DNA of 13,008 nucleotides, from assembly GCA_030141605.1 (NCBI GenBank), contig JAQGDQ010002147.1, positions 1 through 13,008 of the forward strand, in the 5' to 3' direction. The position numbers and the translations under genes are program-made. The first letter of the stretch is position 1; each line of letters starts with the position of its first letter. The notes beneath the pieces were generated by a model. It saw only the letters and a program-made list of their open reading frames with translations, was not told where the DNA came from and ran no database searches. The stretch comes from Tubiluchus corallicola. Its lineage: Eukaryota; Animalia; Priapulida. Shown piece by piece: positions 1 to 7,756 of this stretch.

Positions 1-37
1 GTGCCTAACAGTACAAATATATGATTTTCTGTTTCAG

Positions 38-164
38 AAATGTACAATTATGAAGTGACAAAATGGTTACAAGAATTTAACGATGAATTACAAACGCAAC
101 AGCACAAACACGAAACAGCTGCCTGGAACTACATGACTAACCTCACCGATCATAATGCCAAAAT
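38..164 (+). CDS. ACE: ACE-like M2 peptidase, internal coding exon A (N-terminal lid helix)
   Basis: Acceptor ttttctgtttcag ends at 37 and donor gtaaag starts at 165. Translates xMYNYEVTKWLQEFNDELQTQQHKHETAAWNYMTNLTDHNAK, matching the ACE A.WNY.TN(I/L)T..N motif. It ends in phase 2, compatible with the next exon. Not in the ORF track. Confidence 0.9.
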
Positions 165-529
165 GTAAAGTTGAAAATCTTTGTGCTCCAAAACTCTAAG
201 AAAATCTTTTCATCTTTTCAAAATTAAAAATTAAAACGTCCAGTGCTTACACTCTTTTCCTGTGTAGTCTATTAGACGTTGTGTGCTCGAAAACCACTTT
301 TCTGTCATTCTAAGATTAGACAGAGAACATAAAGAGAGAAAGAGAGAGAGAGGATTTGCGCTAATAATAACATCGCAAGACATAATTCTCATATATACAA
401 CATTAGAGTAATCAATATTTCTAAGGACGCAGCCTTGGCTTCTCAGTAAACAACGGTGAGCGGGAAAAATATCACAGAAAAAATGGCACAGAAAAAATAG
501 CGAGGTAAAAATGACATAAACGCAGAAGT

Positions 530-805
530 AGGTAAAAATAGCGCAGGTGACACATATGGAAAAGAAGGTAAAAATAGCACAGGTGACACATATGGAAAAG
601 AAGGTACAAATAGCGCAGGTGACACATATGGAAAAGAAGGTAAAAATAGCACAGGTGACACATATGGAAAAGAAGGTAAAAATAGTACAGGTGACACATA
701 TGGAAAAGAAGGTAAAAATAGCACAGGTGACACATATGGAAAAGAAGGTAAAAATAGCACAGGTGACACATATGGAAAAGAAGGTAAAAATAGCACAGGT
801 GACAC
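530..805. repeat. 36-bp minisatellite, about 7.7 copies
   Basis: Unit AGGTAAAAATAGCACAGGTGACACATATGGAAAAGA starts at 530, 566, 602 ... 782. Degenerate partial units lie upstream at about 460-530. Confidence 0.95.
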
Positions 806-860
806 TCTCTCTGTCTGTATAAGGGCCATATCACTGTGTATGGCCAAGTGCAAGTGCATT

Positions 861-1183
861 CAGTGGCGTAGCTAGTAGGGGCGCAGGGGGAGCAACCACT
901 TCCCCGAACACATTTTCAAAATTAGCGCCTTTTCAACAATATGTCATTATTTTTGTTGGCTAACCTGCCTCCCTTGCTTTTGAAATAAGCGTGCATTTAC
1001 GCAACTCATTTGCTATGATTGACTGACAGAACTAAGGATCAAATTACTTTATTGCTTTAAAGCTGTATCCTTCACGTGTTTTGATTTTACACAAAATTAA
1101 AATGTACAATGAATGCGCTTTTGGTATGTGTCACGGTGGCTTTTAATGTACTTGCTCCCCTTTAGAACCTAGCTACGCCCTTG
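861..1183. mobile_element. hAT-like MITE (323 bp)
   Basis: TIRs CAGTGGCGTAGCTAG ... CTAGCTACGCCCTTG (13/15) plus a subterminal inverted GGGGAGCAA/TTGCTCCCC. The 8-bp flanks agtgcatt and aatgcatc match 6/8, as for a decayed TSD. Confidence 0.75.
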
Positions 1184-1256
1184 AATGCATCATGTGATGT
1201 TTACGATTCGTAAGGGTCATTAGCATCTTAGTGTCAAACTTTATTTGTGTTTACAG

Positions 1257-1409
1257 ACTTGACCAGCTTTCGGTTGACTTCAGCCGCTGGTACGTTGAAA
1301 AGAAAGAGGAGACAAAAACAATTAATGAAGCCATTATTTCTGACGAAGCCCTGTGGATGCTGTACCTTATTACCCGAGGTGTACATATTAAAGACGAAAA
1401 CATGGCCAG
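1257..1409 (+). CDS. ACE: ACE-like M2 peptidase, coding exon B (divergent lid region)
   Basis: Acceptor tttgtgtttacag ends at 1256 and donor gtaccc starts at 1410. Phase 2/2 bridges exons A and C in frame: (I)LDQLSVDFSRWYVEKKEETKTINEAIISDEALWMLYLITRGVHIKDENMA(R). The length fits the ACE segment expected here, but motif similarity is weak. Confidence 0.8.
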
Positions 1410-1448
1410 GTACCCCCTCCTTCGTTTAAAAATGGATACGCCCAGTTA

Positions 1449-1510
1449 ATATATATATATATATATAATAGTATTATCTAATAGTATATAGTATTATATA
1501 TATATATATA
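1449..1510. repeat. interrupted (TA)n microsatellite
   Basis: Two TA runs separated by AT-rich tagtatta-type units. Confidence 0.8.
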
Positions 1511-1672
1511 TGGTATTTCATATCTGGTTAGTAATAGTGATTTTAATTTTGTTTTAAATGCTGATAGGGACTTGATTTCGCCAGTGGTGGAAATTTACAA
1601 GAAAAATAATTTAACAACATAAACGAAAAACTCCAAACAGTCACAAAGTAACGAAACCATCCACTGTATTAA

Positions 1673-2209
1673 AGGAAAACAACATGGTTTTTCGCGTTCT
1701 ACCCCATTTTAAAGTACGGTAACAAGTGTACACTTTAACACATATAATAATACCAAAGCGTTTCTGGTAGTTAAATAATGGCCTAAAAACTTAATGAATG
1801 GTGGACGAGCCCAACTAGTGATGACAGCACAACTGAGAATAATTTTCAACGTCACAAACATTTCACGAGTTGCACTTGTTTGCGAAAGCGAAATTTGAAG
1901 TCCAGTACTACTGCAAGATACTCAGTGTGTTGTACTAAAATTAGGCAAGTTTTAAGATAAAAATTCCAATTTCAAATTTACCGCTGTGCTCATACATGAG
2001 CTGTCGAACGTGTGTAGTTCGTCACAAACTAACACATCTGAACTTAGTGGTACAGCACCTGTTTTTGTGCAACGCCCTTCCTAGATGTGGGCGCTAGTGC
2101 CCGTCTAAATAGCGAATGACGAAATGTACATAACCACGAAGAACTAGTGGCCCGAACACGAAATTGCGTTTCTGCCATAAGTCATTCTTGAAATAATAGT
2201 ATGTTCCCT
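1673..2209. mobile_element. possible degenerate TTAA-flanked (Kolobok-like) non-autonomous DNA transposon
   Basis: ttaa|AGGAAAACA ... TGTTCCCT|ttca. The TIR is short and imperfect and the right TSD has one mismatch. The left end has the same ttaaAGGAAAAC as the clearer element at 12457. Confidence 0.35.
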
Positions 2210-2430
2210 TTCAATATTTTATAGAGTAGATTTCATTTGAGTTGTAGTTTAACATTAGGTTCAGTTTTTCTTTAACCAGAAAAATAGAAAAGAGCTTGCT
2301 CAAAATATTTGAATTTCAGCAATTCGGCAAGAAAGACGGAATGTTTTTATAAGATATAGTTATAGTGCTAGTAACAGCCTGTGTCAATGGTTAAATTTAA
2401 CATTCTTTTACCATTGGAACTGCTGTACAT

Positions 2431-2822
2431 TAGACGTGAGCATTGAACGTTCAAGTTCGATTCGAACGAGTTTTTTTTAGTTCGAACTCGATTCGAATCC
2501 AAAACTATAGATTCGAATAATACAGCACTTCAGTCACATATGTTCCTGATCACTAAAACGATTGAAACATCATGCAATTAGCATAATTTAGCTGTGATTT
2601 CTGCACACGATTTTAAAGAAATTACTAGTCGTTTTATTGCAGAACAAAATCTAGTGATATGCATGATCTTTGTAAGACTAATTTTTACTCATGGTTCGAA
2701 AACTTGTTCGAAAATCTTTCAATCTCAATTCGAATTCGGTTCGGTTCGGTTCGATTCGAATTCGAAGGTCACAAATTCGGTTCGATTCGAATTCGCTTTC
2801 TGGTAGAGAATGCTCACCCCTA
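2431..2822. mobile_element. hAT-like MITE (392 bp) with TTCGA/TTCGG subterminal repeats
   Basis: Perfect 8-bp TSD ctgtacat (2423-2430 and 2823-2830). TIRs TAGACGTGAGCATT ... AATGCTCACCCCTA (12/14). Clusters of TTCGA(A)/TTCGG pentamers lie near both ends. Confidence 0.9.
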
Positions 2823-2931
2823 CTGTACATGTATATGCTAAGCTAACTTTCAGCTAGCCAAAATAAGTAACCTTTAGCTTCATTTCACATTCCAAAATTA
2901 TTGTACACATAATTGTATATTTTTGTTAAAG

Positions 2932-3173
2932 AGAAATTGCCAAACTTCTGTCGGACATGAAAAAGATATACGGATCAGCTCGAGTTTGTTTATCTGAAGA
3001 CGTCCACGATTGCCACGTCATTGAACCTGATTTGGCAGACATGATGAAAACATCACGTGACTATGACAAATCAGTAAATCTTTGGAAATCGTGGCGAGAT
3101 GCTGTGGATCCTCCTTTGCGTGAACTCTGGGTGAATCTGGCGAGACTTTTAAACATCGTTGCACAAGAAAATG
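2932..3173 (+). CDS. ACE: ACE-like M2 peptidase, coding exon C
   Basis: Acceptor ttttgttaaag ends at 2931 and donor gtaagt starts at 3174. Translates EIAKLLSDMKKIYGSARVC...CHVIEPDLADMMKTSRDYDKSVNLWKSWRDAV...AQEN(G), matching ACE M..IY..A.VC...C..LEPDL...M..SR.Y..L...W..WRD. Confidence 0.95.
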
Positions 3174-3405
3174 GTAAGTAATTGGTCGGTTAATTAGTCT
3201 AGTAGGTCCGTTAGGCTTTTCGGTTAGTTTGTTATTGGTCAGTTGGTTCGTGGCATGTTATTTTGAGGGTTGGCGGACAGTTTAATTGGTTAATTGTAAC
3301 TAAAACGCCATTGTTGGTTTAATGTATCGTAACTAAAAGCTTATCCTGTGATGATGAGAAACAGGCTCCGGTCGTGCCACAACCATTCAAACCTTGCAAT
3401 GTGTT

Positions 3406-3821
3406 CAGGGGCGTATTAACCAATAGGCTAACTATGCTATAGCCTAGGGCGTCAGAGTTTGAGGGGACCGCATTTTAGGCGCCCAATTTAAAAAAAATCA
3501 TATTCTCCTCGGAAAATCTGCATTCGTTCATATTCATGTAAAAGAAGCATTGCATAAGACACCACAGGCAGTTACTGAGGCCTACTGCTATATAAGTGGC
3601 ATATAACGAAGATGTACAAGGTACTACACAACAAGCAGTTGCTCAGCCTGCTTATATATAAGTGCTGTTCATATACATGTTTGCAATGACCATTGACCAT
3701 GTAGAAACTAGGTAGTACACCACAAGTAATTGTTTAATCTCTTACAATCAATCATAAATTCACAATACAGATGGGGGCGATCTATCAGACTAGGGCGTCG
3801 TGAAATCTAGATACGCCCCTG
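3406..3821. mobile_element. hAT-like MITE (416 bp)
   Basis: Perfect 11-bp TIRs CAGGGGCGTAT ... ATACGCCCCTG, with subterminal CTAGGGCGTC near both ends. No convincing TSD (aatgtgtt vs tatgcgcc, 4/8). Confidence 0.7.
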
Positions 3822-4148
3822 TATGCGCCATGGTTTGTGGCTCATTGGACGAGGAGTGGAGTTGTCGATGAGCTCTGCTTAGACTGAACTCAGCAAGTTC
3901 AAATCCCGGATGGTCATAGACGAAGGTTACTATTGATTCCTTAATAAAACAAATTTACTGTGGTGGTTCGTGCAAACTCTAAAAAGATCGTTCACTTCAG
4001 CATATACAAATGCGTAAAGACCAATAACGAAATTGTGCATTTTATGGAACGTTTGATTTAACAGCATAACACACCACAGGCAGTTACTGAGGCCTGCTGC
4101 TATATAAGTAGCATATAACGAAGATGTACAAGGTACTACACAACAAGC
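3552..4148 (+). repeat. 85-bp dispersed direct repeat pair (3552-3636 and 4064-4148)
   Basis: GCATAA(G/C)ACACCACAGGCAGTTACTGAGGCCT(A/G)CTGCTATATAAGT(G/A)GCATATAACGAAGATGTACAAGGTACTACACAACAAGC occurs twice with 3 differences. Confidence 0.9.
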
Positions 4149-4233
4149 GCTTGCCTCTTTCCTTCTTTTTCGTTTTCTTTTATTTGTAAATATGCATTTG
4201 TGGTCTTGTGTAAGACGAAGAACACATCGTAGT

Positions 4234-5118
4234 AGTATCACATTGTAGTTGCGCTAGTGAGTATCACATTGTAGTTGCACCAGTGAGTATCACATTGTAG
4301 TTGCGCCAGTGAGTATCACATTGTAGTTGCGCCAGTGAGTATCACATTGTAGTTGCGCCAGTGAGTATCACATTGTAGTTGCACCAGTGAGTATCACATT
4401 GTAGTTGCGCCAGTGAGTATCACATTGTAGTTGCGCCAGTGAGTATCACATTGTAGTTGCGCCAGTGAGTATCACATTGTAGTTGCGCCAGTGAGTATCA
4501 CATTGTAGTTGCGCTAGTGAGTATCACATTGTAGTTGCGCCAGTGAGTATCACATTGTAGTTGCGCCAGTGAGTATTACATTGTAGTTGCACTAGTGAGT
4601 ATCACATTGTAGTTGCACCAGTGAGTATCACATTGTAGTTGCACCAGTGAGTATCACATTGTAGTTGAACCAGTGAGTATTACATTGTAGTTGCACCAGT
4701 GAGTATCACATTGTAGTTGCACCAGTGAGTATTACATTGTAGTTGCACCAGTGAGTATTACATTGTAGTTGCACCAGTGAGTATTACATTGTAGTTGCAC
4801 CAGTGAGTATTACATTGTAGTTGCACCAGTGAGTATTACATTGTAGTTGCACCAGTGAGTATTACATTGTAGTTGCACCAGTGAGTATTACATTGTAGTT
4901 GCACCAGTGAATATTACATTGTAGTTGCACCAGTGAGTATTACATTGTAGTTGCACCAGTGAGTATTACATTGTAGTTGCACCAGTGAGTATTACATTGT
5001 AGTTGCGCCAGTGAGTATTACATTGTAGTTGCACTAGTGAGTATCACATTGTAGTTGCACCAGTGAGTATCACATTGTAGTTGCACTAGTGAGTATCACA
5101 TTGTAGTTGCACCAGTGA
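4234..5118. repeat. 26-bp minisatellite, about 34 copies
   Basis: Unit AGTGAGTAT(C/T)ACATTGTAGTTGC(G/A)C(C/T) repeated head to tail with no spacers. Confidence 0.97.
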
Positions 5119-5330
5119 TCTAAGAACTGATGATGAAACGGAGTTGAGTTCATCAGATGCCTTTATAGACTCGACTCCATCCAAAGTGCTCGTCTCTACA
5201 TGCAATAATTGTCTTTCTAGAGAAAAGGAGTAAAATAGACAGTAACGTTTGTCGTGTCTTTGCAGCTACTGTTAACATACTGGCGCATTTATACATTTTT
5301 AGTCTGAGATGCGAACTTTTTTGTTTTTGT

Positions 5331-5494
5331 TATCAATCAATCAATTTATTTCACTACATATACTATACATCAACATACAATATTATTGAAACAAAAAGAA
5401 ACAGTATAGGTTAAAAAACGTTGATGAAGTCAAATTAACCAAATAAAAGAGTTGCTGTATGACACCTTGAAAGCTTGGCTTGTTAAGGTGGCAG
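5331..5494 (-). mobile_element. probable 5'-truncated non-LTR retrotransposon 3' end
   Basis: The minus strand ends GAAATAAA-(TTGA)n. A stem-loop (+ strand TGACACCTT...AAGGTGGCA) lies about 130 bp upstream. This layout is typical of CR1/L2-group 3' UTRs, but no coding remnant or TSD was found. Confidence 0.4.
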
Positions 5495-5497
5495 AAA

Positions 5498-5772
5498 TGA
5501 GTGAATGAAAGAATGGTTAGGGTTGGTAGACATGATGGAATGGACAAAAATAGTAAGATTAGGGATAGGAAGAAGGGAGGGGGGGAGGATGACTGAATGA
5601 AAGAATGGTTAGGGTTAGTAGACATGATGGAATGGAAAAAAATAGTAAGATTAGGGATAGGAAGAAGGAAGGGAGGGGAGGATGAGTGAATGAAAGAATG
5701 GTTAGGGTTAGTAGACATGATGGAATGGAAAAAAATAGTAAGATTAGGGATAGGAAGAAGGAAAAGAGGAGA
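5498..5772. repeat. 92-93-bp purine-rich tandem repeat, 3 copies
   Basis: GAATGAAAGAATGGTTAGGGTT(G/A)GTAGACATGATGGAATGG... starts at 5503, 5595 and 5688. Confidence 0.92.
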
Positions 5773-6040
5773 AGAAACGACCACAGTGTATGTTTAAGTT
5801 ACATAGAGGTATATTAAAATAGCATTATAATTGATTGGAGGTCACATATTTTTGTTCTATGGTAATGTTAAACGACTCGTTTCTTTCTGGACATAAGATG
5901 GATGTTCATTGTTTTACTAGCAACACTCACTCCCTGTAACAAGATAATCTTTGTCAATGAATTACTAATACTATTGCTATTCGTTTATGTGTAATTTACG
6001 TTAACTACCAAACTACGAAGTATAATTACACTTTGTTTAG

Positions 6041-6232
6041 GTTACACGGATCACGGCGATTACAGACGACGGAACTATGACATTCCGGATTTCCGGGGTT
6101 ACGTACAACAGCGATGGGAGCAGCTAAAGCCGCTGTATTTCCAACTACATGCATACGTGCGTCACAAACTTGCGGAATTTTACGGACGCGACAAAGTTCC
6201 GCAAAGCGGGCCAATTCCGGCTCACATTTTGG
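6041..6232 (+). CDS. ACE: ACE-like M2 peptidase, coding exon D (192 bp)
   Basis: Acceptor ctttgtttag ends at 6040 and donor gtattt starts at 6233; phase 1/1. Translates (G)YTDHGDYRRRNYDIPDFRGYVQQRWEQLKPLYFQLHAYVRHKLAEFYGRDKVPQSGPIPAHIL(G), with the hallmark PLY..LHAYVR and GPIPAH.LG motifs. This frame is absent from the ORF track. Confidence 0.96.
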
Positions 6233-6499
6233 GTATTTTTTATCTATTTATTTTAAAAAACACGTCACAAAGTCGTCTGACATCGACATAGGAGTGATTC
6301 AGTTCATGTAAATTAACTTTCTGTACCTTTTCATTATTCACTTACTAACAATGAGACATTTAATTCATGCATTTGCAAATATTGTAAAAAAATATTATTG
6401 ACATATGCTGAAATGTGTAAATACTTAACTGGTCTGCAAAATTTTGCTCACATTGTTGCTGTAATGACTTTTTCAACAATATAGGTCATGTATAAACTA

Positions 6500-6610
6500 G
6501 ACCTTATCATGTTGAGAACACCGGTTCTCGTCTGATCACCGAAGTTAAGCAACGTAGAGCCTGGTTAGTACTTGGATGGGTGATCGCGTAGGAATACCAG
6601 GTGCTGTAGG
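6500..6610 (+). pseudogene. 5S rRNA-derived segment (SINE head, not a free-standing 5S gene)
   Basis: GACCTTATCATGTTGAGAACACCGGTTCTCGTCTGATCACCGAAGTTAAGC...GGTTAGTACTTGGATGGGTGATCGCGTAGGAATACCAGGTGCTGTAGG is metazoan 5S rRNA lacking about 6 nt at the 5' end and the 3' oligo-T terminator. Box A is at about 6543-6557 and box C at about 6573-6590. Confidence 0.9.
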
Positions 6611-7034
6611 GGATGCCCACACTGTATCTCGACACTAGGCGGAGGAGCTGCGCAAGCAGCCAACGGCTAGAGGGCGGAGGAGGTCAAGTGACCCAACGGC
6701 CATGTGTAGAGGAGTAAACCTTCCAAATCAGGAGTGGAGCCCCGAAGGCGGACCAGTGCAGCATGCTCATTGACTCCGGCAGCCAACCTGGTGCCAAACG
6801 TATCGCTGTTTCCTTTGGACTACACCGGGGAGGAAGAGAGGGGGTTCCTGTTGTCTGGGTAACTCAGGATCTCCATACACCTTGCCCAGACGTGCGCCCT
6901 TTAGAGGCCAATCCAGTGGTTCAAGGATCGCACTGCACAGCCACAGCCAACGCTGCAGCTCCATCAATGTGATCAATAAGTGACTCTCTTGGCGCACACT
7001 CCATTGTCTTCCGAGACAGAAGCATGCCAACCAC
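6501..7034 (+). mobile_element. 5S rRNA-derived SINE-like retroposon (SINE3 type), 534 bp
   Basis: A 5S head is fused directly to a roughly 425-bp GC-rich body. It is flanked by the direct repeat ATAAACTAG (6492-6500 and 7035-7043) and has no TTTT on the + strand inside the element. Confidence 0.85.
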
Positions 7035-7230
7035 ATAAACTAGTCCTAAATCTGCTCATATAAACGCAAATATTTTCTGTAGTCATTAGGATAAATATCA
7101 GCTCGAGGTTAATTAACAATCTGGCATTGCGCGTAATAATTTTAGTTTCGGTAAATGTATTTTTTTGTAATGAAAATTTCAGACAGTCTTAATAATATTG
7201 TATTAGTTATGCATACATTTAACAATGAAG

Positions 7231-7380
7231 TCATTCATTCATTCATTCATTCATTCATTCATTCGGTCATTCATACATTCGTTCATTCATTCATTCATTC
7301 GTTCATTCATTCATTCATACATTCATTTATTCATTCGTTCATTTATTCATTCATGCATTCGTTCATTCATTCATTTATTC
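7231..7380. repeat. (TTCA)n microsatellite, imperfect
   Basis: About 37 TTCA-like tetramers ending about 50 bp before exon E. Confidence 0.95.
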
Positions 7381-7429
7381 GTGTTTTATATAGACAGCAT
7401 AATAGAAATACATTGTTGATGATTTTCAG

Positions 7430-7703
7430 GAAACATGTGGGCTCAAGAATGGACAGAGCTTTACGACTTGGTTGCCCCTTTCCCACAAACGCCATTACCA
7501 AATGTCACTACGCAACTGCTAGAGAAAAGCTTTGATGTTCGTAAGATGTTTAAGACAGCAGAAGATTTCTTCGTCTCGCTGGGTTTGAACCCAATGACAG
7601 AGCAATTCTGGAACAACAGCATGTTAGAGAAGCCAACTGACAGGGAGGTAATCTGTCACGGATCAGCTTTCACAATGCATGACAAAGAACAAAGAGATTT
7701 CAG
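7430..7703 (+). CDS. ACE: ACE-like M2 peptidase, coding exon E
   Basis: Acceptor gattttcag ends at 7429 and donor gttaga starts at 7704; phase 1/2. Translates (G)NMWAQEWTELYDLVAPFP...MFKTAEDFFVSLGLNPMTEQFWNNSMLEKPTDREVICHGSAFTMHDKEQRDF(R). Confidence 0.97.
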
Positions 7704-7756
7704 GTTAGACTTCCGGTTTGAACACAATCACCTTGACGTGTACAGTGGATTTATAT

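Noticed and set aside
443-859. Three overlapping repetitive ORFs
   Set aside because: They are translations of the 36-bp minisatellite.
3930-4241. 103-aa minus-strand ORF (also ORFs at 2594-2841, 5383-5784 and 12562-12765)
   Set aside because: No protein-family motifs, and each overlaps a MITE or repeat in an intron.
4234-5118. 26-bp array (and the 36-bp and 42/60-bp arrays) as CRISPR
   Set aside because: There are no unique spacers and no cas genes, and the context is a spliceosomal-intron eukaryotic gene.
5124-5178. Hammerhead ribozyme-like CTGATGA-T-GAAAC with nearby hairpins
   Set aside because: Only 1 nt separates the core motifs, so stem II cannot form, and no stem I/III arrangement with an NUH site is evident. 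The hairpins (such as 5140-5149/5169-5178) are unexplained but weak evidence.
6026-6311. ORF-track ORFs 6026-6214 (-) and 6114-6311 (+)
   Set aside because: They are shadow frames of ACE exon D.
6500-6610. Functional 5S rRNA gene
   Set aside because: The 5' end is clipped, there is no oligo-T terminator, it has several substitutions, and it is fused to a body within a TSD.
6763-7036. 69-aa and 89-aa ORFs in the SINE body
   Set aside because: They are short, show no recognisable motif, and are expected by chance in GC-rich sequence.
7155-7535. (HSFI)n ORFs
   Set aside because: They are translations of the (TTCA)n microsatellite. The real exon starts at 7430 in another frame.
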